64,000 bases of DNA from an uncultured Spirochaetota bacterium (GTDB lineage: Bacteria > Spirochaetota > Spirochaetia > SZUA-6 > Fen-1364). The notes beneath the pieces are model-generated. The model worked only from the letters and a program-made list of their open reading frames with translations, ran no database searches and had not been told where the DNA came from. Every line of letters begins with the position of its first letter. Positions within the stretch are counted from its first letter, which is position 1. The stretch lies in contig CAWJSK010000016.1 of NCBI GenBank assembly GCA_963845535.1, forward strand, positions 32,001-96,000, written 5' to 3'. Made by a program: the position numbers and the translations under genes. Below, piece by piece: positions 10,216 through 21,002 of the stretch.

Positions 10216-11154
10216 ATGAACAAGCGCGACGCGCTCCTTTCCCTCCTTGACCCGTCGTACAGCCCCGAGTCGGTGCCGGCGGCGTTCTTCCTTCATTTCG
10301 ATCCCTCGTTCCATCGCGGCCAGGCCGCGGTGGACAAGCACCTGGAGTTCTTCCGCTTCACCGGCATGGACATGGTGAAGATCCAGTTTGAGCATCGTAT
10401 GCCGCCCATGGAGGTCGCGCGGCCGAGTGACTGGGCAAAAGTCCCCCTGCGGGGCAGGGATTTCTGGGAGGAGCCGCTTGCTGTCGTGAAAGGACTGGTT
10501 CAGGCAGCGGGACAAGAGGCGGTGGTGATCCTTACCCTCTACTCCCCTTTCATGCTTGCCGGCCAGATTGCGGGAGCAGACACGGTGGTCCGCCACATCC
10601 AGGAAGACCCGCAGGCGTTCAAGAAAGGAATCAGCATCATCACGGATGGGCTCCTCGTTCTGGTGAAGGAATGCGCCAAGCTCGGACTTGACGGCTTTTA
10701 TGCCTCCACGCAGGGCGCGGAGAAAGGCCGGCTTCCCAGCCGAACGGCCTTCGACGAGTGTGTCCGCCCTTACGACCTGGCGGTCATGAATGAGGTGAAC
10801 CGTTCATTCCGTTTCAACATCCTCCACGTCTGCGACTACCACCTGCCCTATGAGGACATCACGCCGTTCCGCGACTACCCGGGCCATATCGTCAACACGA
10901 ACCTGAAGCTCGCGGAAGGGCAGCTGAGCGCCGCCGAGGTGTCCAGCATGTTCAGCCGGCCGTTCATGGGCGGCCTGGACCGAAAGGGCGTGATTGCCCG
11001 CGGCCCTGCCTCCGCCATCCAGGATGAGGTCCGCCGACTTCTGAAGGAGGCGCCGCGGCGCTTCATCCTTGGCGCTGATTGCACCGTCCCGTCCGACACG
11101 CCTTGGGAGAACCTCAGGGCCGCCATTCAGGCTGCCCACGAGCATCGAAGGTAG
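10216..11154 (+). CDS. Uroporphyrinogen decarboxylase / MtaA-CmuA methyltransferase superfamily protein
   Basis: TLYSPF, ILHVCD, MGGLD and FILGADCTVP..NLRA motifs of the URO-D/CIMS TIM barrel; lacks the HemE MRQAGR motif. Confidence 0.8.
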   Translation: MNKRDALLSLLDPSYSPESVPAAFFLHFDPSFHRGQAAVDKHLEFFRFTGMDMVKIQFEHRMPPMEVARPSDWAKVPLRGRDFWEEPLAVVKGLVQAAGQEAVVILTLYSPFMLAGQIAGADTVVRHIQEDPQAFKKGISIITDGLLVLVKECAKLGLDGFYASTQGAEKGRLPSRTAFDECVRPYDLAVMNEVNRSFRFNILHVCDYHLPYEDITPFRDYPGHIVNTNLKLAEGQLSAAEVSSMFSRPFMGGLDRKGVIARGPASAIQDEVRRLLKEAPRRFILGADCTVPSDTPWENLRAAIQAAHEHRR

Positions 11155-11229
11155 TCGGCGCATCTGCGGCCCGGGAACCGCAGCAAGATTCGGGTTGCGC
11201 GCCGGGCGCGGTGTTGTGATACTTACGAC

Positions 11230-12099
11230 ATGACGACCATGGAATTGCTGGAGGAAGACTACATCCGCGTGGAGAAAGCCATCCGATTCATTGAGACCGA
11301 GGCGCTCCGACAACCATCCCTTGAGGACGTTGCTTCCTCCGTCGGGCTCAGCGAGTTCCACTTCCAGAGACTTTTCAGCCGGTGGGTCGGGATCAGTCCG
11401 AAGCGCTTTCTCCAGTTCCTGACCAAGGAGTACGCGCGGAGGCTCCTGGAGGAATCCCGCGACGTGCTCAGCGTGACCTACGACGCCGGGCTCTCCAGCC
11501 CGGGCAGGCTGCATGAGCTTTTCGTCACGTGCGAGGCGGTGACGCCCGGGGAAATCAAGACCCGCGGAGAGGGACTGACCATCGAATACGGCTTCCATCC
11601 ATCCCCGTTTGGCCGGTGCCTCCTGGCGCGGACCGAACGCGGCATCTGCGGGCTGTCCTTTGTCCAGGAGGAAGCGCCCGAGGCCGCGCTCGTGAGGCAC
11701 CTTCGAGCGCGATGGCCAGGCGCGCGCGTCGTCGACAACCCGCAGTCCACTGCCCGGTTCGTGAAACAGATATTCGCGTTCCCCGAACAGCATGAGCCTG
11801 CGCCGTTGCACCTCTTTGTGCGAGGAACGAACTTCCAGATCCAGGTCTGGCAGGCCCTGATCCGCATTCCGTTCGGCAAGGCGGTGACCTATGAGGACGT
11901 GGCCCGGCACATCGGCATGCCCACAGCGAGCCGGGCGGTTGGAAACGCGGTTGGAAGCAACCCTATCCCGTTCCTCATCCCGTGCCACAGGGTGATCCGC
12001 AAGCTTGGGGAGTTCGGCAACTACGGCGAAGGCCCGGAGAGAAAAAAGGCCATCTTGGGGTGGGAGGCTGCGCTCACCGTCGGGGAACGCTCAGCGTAG
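11230..12099 (+). CDS. Bifunctional AraC-type HTH / methylated-DNA-protein-cysteine methyltransferase (Ada-like, no N-terminal Zn domain)
   Basis: LSEFHFQRLF..GISPK HTH; GTNFQ..VW, RAVG and the IPCHRV active site. Confidence 0.93.
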   Translation: MTTMELLEEDYIRVEKAIRFIETEALRQPSLEDVASSVGLSEFHFQRLFSRWVGISPKRFLQFLTKEYARRLLEESRDVLSVTYDAGLSSPGRLHELFVTCEAVTPGEIKTRGEGLTIEYGFHPSPFGRCLLARTERGICGLSFVQEEAPEAALVRHLRARWPGARVVDNPQSTARFVKQIFAFPEQHEPAPLHLFVRGTNFQIQVWQALIRIPFGKAVTYEDVARHIGMPTASRAVGNAVGSNPIPFLIPCHRVIRKLGEFGNYGEGPERKKAILGWEAALTVGERSA

Positions 12100-13512
12100 C
12101 GCCGCCGGCGCCGGCACTTCCCAGGCGCCGGTGGACAGGTCGATTGCAACGTCGTTGTCAGGGGGTCCGACCTTGTCCCAGAGCCCTTCCACGAGATCTC
12201 CCCGAGACGCGACGATGATGCTGCCCATGAAGCTGAGGCCGGTCCTTTTCAGCTTCTCAGTGCCGACGAACCTTCCATCACCCTCGAAGTGGGCCGCAAA
12301 GGCCTCGGCAATCTGGCCGGACAACAGGGCGGCTTCCTCCGAAGGGACCAGGTATCTCCTCAAGAGCTTGTAGGAATTGGCCCTGATTCCTTCCCGAAGG
12401 TTCGCCCGTGAAAAATCGCGGAAGTCCCGCCCTGTCGCTGCAAAGGAAGGCAGCGACGTGATGAACGACGAATGGATGACCATCCGCTGGGCCAGGTCGA
12501 TTTCGATGTCGCGCACAGGGTCGGGGTCCGTGACGAGAGAGCCTGTTTCAACGTCGTAGAGGAACCGGCCGTTCTCCCACTCTTTCAAGGCGATATTCTG
12601 GGCATGGAAATGGCCGGTAAATACCACGCGCACATGATAGGCCGCAAGAAGCGCGGAAACATCCCGCCAGTCCTTCACGAGATAATCGCCGAAGTACCTT
12701 TCCTGCCCCTTGAAGTGCTCGACGACGCCGTGATGCATCATGGCAAGCACCGCCACGTTTTCCCGCGCCGCCCGGGAGAGAACCCCCTCGATCCATTCGA
12801 GCGTTCTTGCCGAGAACATTCCTCCGGCCTGCGCGTGCCTGTGCTCAGCGTTCTGTCGATACTCGCAGGCATCCAGCGCGAGCAACCAGAGACCGGTAAC
12901 CGGCTCGGCAACGTAGCTCAGCGAGTCAGGGTCTCGCGCTAGGGCGCCGCCGTAGCCGAAATCCGCGTAGAGCTCGGCAAACTCTTGCGCTGAGACGTTG
13001 GGCACACGCTTTTCCCCAGATGCGCCGTAGCTGAACGCCCTGGGGTTGAGGATGTCATGATTCCCCGGCACTACGAACGAGGGAATCCCGCTCTCCCGAA
13101 GCTCCCTCAGATACGTGAGAAAAAGCTCATGGTCCTGCCTCTCTCCGTCCTTGGTAAGGTCCCCGGGAACGAGCAGGAACTGCGCGTGGAGGTCCTTCAC
13201 CCTCTGGACGGCGGCCTGGAGGATCTCCTCGCTTTCCACGAGCAGCTTGCGATCTGAGGCAACGTAGTCACGGAAAGCTTTCCCTTCGGTCCCCAGGCGC
13301 TTGTCGAAAAGATGAGGGTCGCTGAACACGGCGAACCGGACGGCGGGAAAGGGAGCCTGAGGCAGGGAGCGGATGGCAGCGGTCTCATCGCCCTGGCCAT
13401 GCCGGACCCCCGCGCAAGAAGCGCACAGCAGAGCGGCGAGGAGCAGCGCGCCGCAGCGCCTCTTACGACTGGCTTTCACGCGTTCTTCGCTGCGTGGGGT
13501 GGGACCCTCCAA
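12091..13512 (-). CDS. Calcineurin-like metallophosphoesterase, probable lipoprotein (start uncertain, possibly GTG 13479)
   Basis: SDPH, GDLT, PGNHD, MHH and FTGHFH motifs; signal peptide LLLAALLCASC. Confidence 0.88.
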   Translation of the reverse strand: MEGPTPRSEERVKASRKRRCGALLLAALLCASCAGVRHGQGDETAAIRSLPQAPFPAVRFAVFSDPHLFDKRLGTEGKAFRDYVASDRKLLVESEEILQAAVQRVKDLHAQFLLVPGDLTKDGERQDHELFLTYLRELRESGIPSFVVPGNHDILNPRAFSYGASGEKRVPNVSAQEFAELYADFGYGGALARDPDSLSYVAEPVTGLWLLALDACEYRQNAEHRHAQAGGMFSARTLEWIEGVLSRAARENVAVLAMMHHGVVEHFKGQERYFGDYLVKDWRDVSALLAAYHVRVVFTGHFHAQNIALKEWENGRFLYDVETGSLVTDPDPVRDIEIDLAQRMVIHSSFITSLPSFAATGRDFRDFSRANLREGIRANSYKLLRRYLVPSEEAALLSGQIAEAFAAHFEGDGRFVGTEKLKRTGLSFMGSIIVASRGDLVEGLWDKVGPPDNDVAIDLSTGAWEVPAPAALR

Positions 13513-13742
13513 TACGAACGTCGTTGACCGAGGATGTCATATCACGGGGGGGATTATTGTACAACAAAAACCGCCAGCGCTCAAAATTGCCAGCAGGAAG
13601 ATACCCCGCTTGAGCACTGGAAAACGTTTTATTCTGTGTATACTTTCAGCCCTGACTTTTTTTCTATCTTCCTGCTGGCTTCTTTGGACTTTATGCGACT
13701 TATTTTACCTCGCCTGTACTGTTATGCAATAGGCCAAAAGTC

Positions 13743-14648
13743 TCATTTTGGAGAATTTATCAAGTTTATTAGTTGAACTTTGTTCGTTACTCCAGTTTTC
13801 TGATAAATATGGTAGATATGGTTCTTGACGGTAATCGAAGAAATGAAAAGCTTCTCCCCAATGACCCTGTTATTGTATCCTTGAACAAGCATTGTGATTA
13901 TCTCCCTCTCACGAGGGGAAATTCCGTACAGTTTCACGACCTCATCCGGCAGTTGATAGGAAGAGGCGATCTCCGGTTTGAACAGGTACGGCACCGCGTA
14001 AAAGAGAAGGACGCCGACCAGGACCAGAAAAGACAGGGTCTGGACGACAGGAAGGCTGCCGACAAATGGGGGCGCCCGGTACAATGCCAGGCCGATGGTC
14101 TGGACGATCATGGCCGCTGTCATGACCGCGCCAAGTGCAACGACGCTTCGAACAAGGGCAAAAAGATGCGGATGCCTGATTCTTCCCAGCCGTCGCAGGA
14201 CCACAAGGACGGCATAGACCTCGATTGCGGTCAGCATTCCATCATTCAGGAAGAGAAAAAGCCGGGTCTGAAGTATCTCCTTCAGGCCGCCAAGGACCGC
14301 CATTGTAAGAGCCAGGACGACGTGGAATGCCCTGCGCGACGGGGAGACGGGGGCTGACACGATTTCGAAGGCGAGGACGCACATCATCCAGACGAGCAGG
14401 CCGTTGCCGGGTACCGTCAGCACGCAGGAAATGACGGGAAGGATGTCTCCGAAGACCCGTTCGACTGTGGCATCTTCGTAGGTCTTGAGCGCCTGGACGA
14501 GAAAGAGCAGGAGGATGGAGATGAAGAAGAATGCAACGTGCCGGAAGGCGGTCTGAGCGAACCTGGCATGCGCCACCAGGCCGAGGGTGGCAACCACCAG
14601 CCCCATGGAAAACGAGAATATGTAGACCGCAAGAAGAATATGGGACAA
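13743..14648 (-). CDS. Membrane-anchored LuxR-family transcriptional regulator
   Basis: About 7 TM helices followed by ISPREREII..GYNNRVIGEKLFISSITVKNHIYHIYQK; RBS GGAGG before TTG. Confidence 0.88.
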   Translation of the reverse strand: MSHILLAVYIFSFSMGLVVATLGLVAHARFAQTAFRHVAFFFISILLLFLVQALKTYEDATVERVFGDILPVISCVLTVPGNGLLVWMMCVLAFEIVSAPVSPSRRAFHVVLALTMAVLGGLKEILQTRLFLFLNDGMLTAIEVYAVLVVLRRLGRIRHPHLFALVRSVVALGAVMTAAMIVQTIGLALYRAPPFVGSLPVVQTLSFLVLVGVLLFYAVPYLFKPEIASSYQLPDEVVKLYGISPREREIITMLVQGYNNRVIGEKLFISSITVKNHIYHIYQKTGVTNKVQLINLINSPK

Positions 14649-14757
14649 CCAAACCTCCGTTTGTACATTTTCGTTAAATTACTAGCCCAGAATATCAAGA
14701 AAATATCCAAAATGTCAATACAGTACGATCTCTGAATAAAATGAGCCTGAAACTCTT

Positions 14758-15720
14758 CTATACTGGGAGGACGCGTATGTTCTGGTCAAGCTCCTTCCTC
14801 AGAAACTCCTCAATGAAATCAAGCGTCCCCATCTGCGCGCTTGGACAGCCTTTACAAGCACCTGTGTACTTGACGTAGACCTCCGTGTTCCCGCCTTCAC
14901 CCTTCATGTCAACGACCTCGAGATTGCCTCCATCCTTGATCAGCTCCGGACGGACTTTCTCATCCAGTACTTTCTCCACTGCCCTGTGCTTCTGGATCAG
15001 GCCAAGGCTTGCAAAGCTCCTGGATTCGGGGGGGACGCTACCTTCCCGCTCCATCTCCGCACGGACTTCCTTCAATATATCAACAAGATAATGGCGCCGT
15101 GCTTCATGGCCGCCGGGGCGGATGCAGGACTTGCAGAAAGCACCCGCCTTCGTGTAGCGCGTGATGTCCTCCACGGTGGAGAGATTGTTGATGCGGATGA
15201 CCTCCTTGATGGTCCGAAGGCTCACCCTCGCGCACTGGCAGACGATCTCCTCTTCCTCGAGGGAGTCCATGTCCACGCCCTTGTAGAGGGCCGCCGCCTT
15301 GCGGATCACGTCATATGCCATGACGCTGCAGTGCATCTTCTGCGGAGGGATGGCGGCAGTGGCTTCTTCATCCCGCAGGGCGCGCTCCACGTCGATGTTC
15401 GTGATCTTCATGGCCTCGTCCACGGTCTTGCCGACGATCATCTCGCACATCATGTCGCTGGAGGCGATGGCAGTGCCGCACCCGAAAGTCTTGAACCGTG
15501 CGTCGAGGATCCTGTTCGAGCGCGGGTCCACGGCCCAGAACGCGCGAATGGCATCACCGCATACCTCGGCGCCCCAGTCGGCTACCACGAGCCGCGCGCC
15601 GAGCTTCTCCGCCTCCGCCGCGGTTATCTCTCCAAGATGGCGGGGATTCAGCATGCGGTCGTTTACCTTGTCGGAATAGCTCTCCCAGAGGGTTCCGCCT
15701 ATCAAATCAGACTTGGCCAT
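14758..15720 (-). CDS. nifU: Fe-S cluster scaffold NifU (IscU domain, BFD-like [2Fe-2S] domain, Nfu domain)
   Basis: CGDA, FGCGTAIASS and KMHCS; CQC..CKSC; DGG..GACKGCPS. Confidence 0.93.
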   Translation of the reverse strand: MAKSDLIGGTLWESYSDKVNDRMLNPRHLGEITAAEAEKLGARLVVADWGAEVCGDAIRAFWAVDPRSNRILDARFKTFGCGTAIASSDMMCEMIVGKTVDEAMKITNIDVERALRDEEATAAIPPQKMHCSVMAYDVIRKAAALYKGVDMDSLEEEEIVCQCARVSLRTIKEVIRINNLSTVEDITRYTKAGAFCKSCIRPGGHEARRHYLVDILKEVRAEMEREGSVPPESRSFASLGLIQKHRAVEKVLDEKVRPELIKDGGNLEVVDMKGEGGNTEVYVKYTGACKGCPSAQMGTLDFIEEFLRKELDQNIRVLPV

Positions 15721-15729
15721 GACGACTCC

Positions 15730-16947
<1,218 letters not shown>

Positions 16948-16973
16948 CTAACCGTTACCGCGCGAAGCGCGGT

Positions 16974-17981
16974 CTATTTCAGCTTTTTACGCAGCTTTCG
17001 CCCGCTGGGTCTGGGCACTTCGTCCTGCGGCACCGCCTGGCGGCGCGCGCGCGCTCGAAACGCAAAGAGCGCAATGACGGCGGCCGCAATCAGGAGAACG
17101 TTGAGAATCTGCCCGGTGCTGAAGTTGAACCAGCTGAACTGGCCCGGGCTGCTGAGGGGCACCAGGGTGATGGGGAAGCCGATCCCCTTGTCGGGCTCGC
17201 GGGCATACTCGATGAAGAAGCGGAACACCCCGTAGCCGATCATGTACCACGCAATCACGAAGCCGTTATAGGGCTTTCGTTTCCTGACGATGAACCAGAC
17301 GATCAGCCACAGGACAAAGCCCTCGAAGAACGCCTCGTACAGTTGTGAAGGATGGCGGGGAAGGTTTACCAGTCCCGCCCCGGGAAGCGGCATCCCGACC
17401 CCCGCCGCGAAATCACGGACCCAGGGCTGGTTGACGGGAAAGCCTTCCGCGCTGGGGAACACCATGCCCCACGGGGCTGTCGTGATCCTTCCATAGAGCT
17501 CGCCGTTGATGAAGTTCCCCAGCCGGCCGAACGTGTATCCCAGCGGGATGCCCGCAACCAGCATGTCCCCCCAATCGAGGATGTTCAGCTTCTTCACCCG
17601 CATGAAGATGGCAAGGGCGATGACCACTCCCAGGAGGCCGCCATGATACGACATCCCGGCAATGCCCGTAAGGCGCAGCCTGCCATCCACCATGGCAAAG
17701 GGGAGGATGATCTGCAGGGGATGACGGAGGTAGTAGCCGGTTGCGTCATAGATGGTGACCGCAAAAGCCCTGGCTCCGATCAAAAGCCCGATGATCGCCC
17801 AGAAGAACATGTCCAGGACGAGGTCCGATTGAGGTTTCTCATGCCGCTGCCTGAGCTGCCACATGAAGAGCAGGTACGTGATGACGAAAGCCACCAGGTA
17901 CATGAGCCCATACCAGCGGATGGGAAGCCAGGGAACGATCTCGGGATGTATCCACGAGGGATACTGGATGTAGGCGAGCAT
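16974..17981 (-). CDS. lgt: Prolipoprotein diacylglyceryl transferase
   Basis: RWYGLMY, GMSYHGG, GRLGNFINGELYGR, RHPSQLYE and RFFIEY.R motifs. Confidence 0.96.
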   Translation of the reverse strand: MLAYIQYPSWIHPEIVPWLPIRWYGLMYLVAFVITYLLFMWQLRQRHEKPQSDLVLDMFFWAIIGLLIGARAFAVTIYDATGYYLRHPLQIILPFAMVDGRLRLTGIAGMSYHGGLLGVVIALAIFMRVKKLNILDWGDMLVAGIPLGYTFGRLGNFINGELYGRITTAPWGMVFPSAEGFPVNQPWVRDFAAGVGMPLPGAGLVNLPRHPSQLYEAFFEGFVLWLIVWFIVRKRKPYNGFVIAWYMIGYGVFRFFIEYAREPDKGIGFPITLVPLSSPGQFSWFNFSTGQILNVLLIAAAVIALFAFRARARRQAVPQDEVPRPSGRKLRKKLK

Positions 17982-18015
17982 TCGCTTCTCCTCGATGAAG
18001 ATTCTCCAGAAGACT

Positions 18016-20967
18016 CTATATCTTTTCGACGATTCTCCCCTGCGCCTGGTCGAAGTACAGGGTGATCATGTTCTTGGGCACCCGCGTTTCCCATTTCCTG
18101 CCGTGGCTCTCGATCACCACCCCCGGGTACAGGGTGCCCCGCACCGTCACCTCCGAAGGGACGTGAACGTCAAAAGTGTCATGAAGCGCGATGAGGCGCT
18201 TCTTTCGGAGCTCGATGGCTTTCAAGGACTGGGCTTTTTCCGCGCGCGCCTGGGTAAGAGCCGTGGCATCCAGGGGTTTGCCGGCAAACGCCTCCCGCTG
18301 GATCCTCTTCATATCGGCGTCCAGCTCCACCACGCGACGGGCAACGGCGGCCACTTCCCGCTCCTCCCGTTCTATCTGGTCCATGAGGATGTAGTCCTGT
18401 CCGAAGAGGACAAGGGTGGTCACGCCGGCCGGCGCGCCGAGGTTCTGCGCGGCAAGCCCTTTTCGCGCCCTCACCTCTCCTCCCACGAGGTTGCCCTTCT
18501 CGGATTCGAGGAGAAGCTTCCCGTTGCATTTCACCTGGCAGCGAAGGCACGCGCCCTTCAAGCGGATGTTCTCCATCGCCACGAGCATGGCCTGCTCCGC
18601 GAACGGGGATGTGATGTCCTTCTTTGCCCGCAAGATGGCCTTCCCCTCCCCCTTGATCCCCTGCCCGATCAGGATGGACCCTTCCGAGGAAAGAAGCGCG
18701 GCGTCCACGGTCTCCTCCACCTCGATGTCTCCCGCGGCAATCACGCGAAACCCCGGCTGGACGGTTCCGTTCACTCGAACGATGCCCGGGAAGTTCACGT
18801 TGCCGCTCGCCATGTCGACGTCACCGGCTACCGTGTGCACCTGCTGCACCGAAATGAGGGCGCCGTCCTGCACCAGCTCGCCGTCCGCCTCGGAATAGAA
18901 GAACAGGCTCCCGTCCGGCTGGCGGGCCGCGGAGACGCCCCGACCCGCCTGCAAGCCGGAAAGCGCCCCCGCCGGGGGCGGGATGGGCCGGCCCGTGACG
19001 TCCCACGAGTCCAGCCCTTCAAGCGGCGGAGGCTTGACCGTGGCAACGTGCACGCCCTTGCCCACGTGAGTGATACTGTCATGCGCGCGAAAGTCCGCGC
19101 GGCCGTCATCCAGGATGGTGAGAGTCTTCCCGGTTGCCAGGCGGATGTGGAAGGTCACCCGGTTCTCCTCCCCGGGAGGCGGAAGCTTTCCCTCCGCAAT
19201 GAGCAGGTTCTTGAAGAACTTCCCCCGGGCAACGAGGTCGAGCGCCTTGAGGAGCCTTGTCTCATCACCCCCTTTGACAACGCCTGCCTCCTGGATCCGC
19301 GTCCTCACCTCCTGGACGTCCATGGTGGCGCCGCTGCCCTGCGCCGGGGTGAACGTAAGGAAGCCTTTCATCCTGTCATCAGAAATCGTGACCGTGAGGT
19401 CCGCGTCCCTGTGGCGCCGGACGCGCAGCAGGATGACCATGCCGTCGCTTCCCTTTTCCAGTATGCCTTCCTCCGTCGCCACAACCACGTCGCGCCGCTG
19501 CTGCAACCCCTCGAACAGACGCGCCTCCGGTGTGGAGCCCCGGAGGCCCGCGACGCTCGCGCCAAAGACGTCCACGCCTGCCGCGCCGACCGCGCCCTGC
19601 ACGATCCGCATGACGGGCATCTCCGCGGTGACCCGGCCCACCGATTCGACGCGTTCGAGGGGGAACTGCTGGAACGAAGGTACCTGCGCGAGCGCCGCGG
19701 GGTTGGCGGAGCTGAACGCGCGGATGCGGTCAGCCTCTTCCACGGGAAGGAACTTCACGAGCCATTCGACGCTGCCGTCCCTGCCGCGCGCGGGGGGCTG
19801 GCCGGCGGCGAGCTTGTAATTGGAAAGCTCGGTGTCCGGTCCCTTGAAGAAAGCCTGCAGGTCTTTTCGGACCGTCTCAATGCTGTACCGCCGGACCTTG
19901 CTCAGGCGAATGGCGTCACTCGCGATGGCCAGCGTGAGAAGTTTCCCTCCTCCCCGGCCCTTGCGCAGGAACAGAATGGCCGACATGTTGTCCGGGGACA
20001 CCGTGACCGAAGCTGCCCCGTCACTGGATGGACTGAGGGACTTCCCGAGAACTGGCGCGCCCGCCTTCGCTGCCGCCTGAATGACGGAGGTCACCTCCTG
20101 CGGGCCAAGCAAGGCTGCGGGGGGAAATCCCATTTTCAAGGCTTCGGCAATGGTCTCCTGAGCGGTCGGAAGAGGCGCAAGAGGATCTCCGGGAGTGAAG
20201 GAAAGCAGGCACGTGGTGCCGTCAGGGGATGATGAGAGTGAGATCACGTGGTCCAGGAAAGGCACAACGTCCGCCCAGTTTGCCCCCCGCCGAAGGAAGC
20301 CGGCGGAAGCCGCTTTCACCTCGCTTCCCGTCCGAGCAAGGCCTTCCAGGAAAAGGAACGCAGCCTGCTCCGCGCGCCGGGCCGGAACGAGCCTTCCGAA
20401 TACGCTCTTGCCTTCCTTTCCCGGCTTCCCCGGACGGATCTTCGCCACAAGCGTGCCCTTCTGAACGAAACCCGTGCCGGTGACGGCGGGATCGATTGCC
20501 ACGTCTTCCCGCACGAGTCTTTTCTCCACGATCACCTGCACCTCCTCGCGCGCCGGGAGAAAAGGAAGGGACGGCTTGCGGAGGACCTTCTTTTCTTTCT
20601 TGATTCTTTCTTCCCGGAGGCGAAACCCTTTTGGCGGAGCAGCCTTCTGCAGAACGCCGCGGGCGGTCCCCTCCAGGCGCGGCGGGATGGAACACGGTTC
20701 GAACTCCACCGCCTCAGGCTCCGGCGACCGGGGCATCACCCCCGTGGCGGCCACGAAGCTCACCGGTTCGCCCTTGCGCCGCGCCGCGGCGCGCAGGCCT
20801 TTTTCGATGGCCTCCGTGTCTATGCCTTCACGCACCTTCTTCTCGTCGAGGAGAGAGAGGAGGCTGTCGACGGACACCTCCGCCCCGCTTTCACCGGGTA
20901 CGATGGTGACGCGGGCTTCTATGCCTTGCTCGTCGAACTCGAGCTTCAGATCGCCCTTGACGTTCAT
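18016..20967 (-). CDS. FapA / DUF342 family flagellar assembly protein, long form
   Basis: Repeated N-terminal modules (V.VS.D.M.A.L), VAGDVDMASGNVNFPG beta-helix and C-terminal TLYPGVVI. Confidence 0.8.
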   Translation of the reverse strand: MNVKGDLKLEFDEQGIEARVTIVPGESGAEVSVDSLLSLLDEKKVREGIDTEAIEKGLRAAARRKGEPVSFVAATGVMPRSPEPEAVEFEPCSIPPRLEGTARGVLQKAAPPKGFRLREERIKKEKKVLRKPSLPFLPAREEVQVIVEKRLVREDVAIDPAVTGTGFVQKGTLVAKIRPGKPGKEGKSVFGRLVPARRAEQAAFLFLEGLARTGSEVKAASAGFLRRGANWADVVPFLDHVISLSSSPDGTTCLLSFTPGDPLAPLPTAQETIAEALKMGFPPAALLGPQEVTSVIQAAAKAGAPVLGKSLSPSSDGAASVTVSPDNMSAILFLRKGRGGGKLLTLAIASDAIRLSKVRRYSIETVRKDLQAFFKGPDTELSNYKLAAGQPPARGRDGSVEWLVKFLPVEEADRIRAFSSANPAALAQVPSFQQFPLERVESVGRVTAEMPVMRIVQGAVGAAGVDVFGASVAGLRGSTPEARLFEGLQQRRDVVVATEEGILEKGSDGMVILLRVRRHRDADLTVTISDDRMKGFLTFTPAQGSGATMDVQEVRTRIQEAGVVKGGDETRLLKALDLVARGKFFKNLLIAEGKLPPPGEENRVTFHIRLATGKTLTILDDGRADFRAHDSITHVGKGVHVATVKPPPLEGLDSWDVTGRPIPPPAGALSGLQAGRGVSAARQPDGSLFFYSEADGELVQDGALISVQQVHTVAGDVDMASGNVNFPGIVRVNGTVQPGFRVIAAGDIEVEETVDAALLSSEGSILIGQGIKGEGKAILRAKKDITSPFAEQAMLVAMENIRLKGACLRCQVKCNGKLLLESEKGNLVGGEVRARKGLAAQNLGAPAGVTTLVLFGQDYILMDQIEREEREVAAVARRVVELDADMKRIQREAFAGKPLDATALTQARAEKAQSLKAIELRKKRLIALHDTFDVHVPSEVTVRGTLYPGVVIESHGRKWETRVPKNMITLYFDQAQGRIVEKI

Positions 20968-21002
20968 GGTCAGGCTCCGTCACAGGATAGAGCAAAGACT
21001 CG

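Noticed and set aside
10216..11154. True hemE (heme biosynthesis)
   Set aside because: It lacks the N-terminal MRQAGR motif and has no hem gene context.
17995..20232. Long antisense or alternate-frame ORFs (e.g. 745 aa here, 4622..6364, 23079..24578, 37503..39107, 51136..52767, 59200..60720)
   Set aside because: They shadow well-supported genes on the opposite strand and lack motifs; this is expected in high-GC coding DNA.
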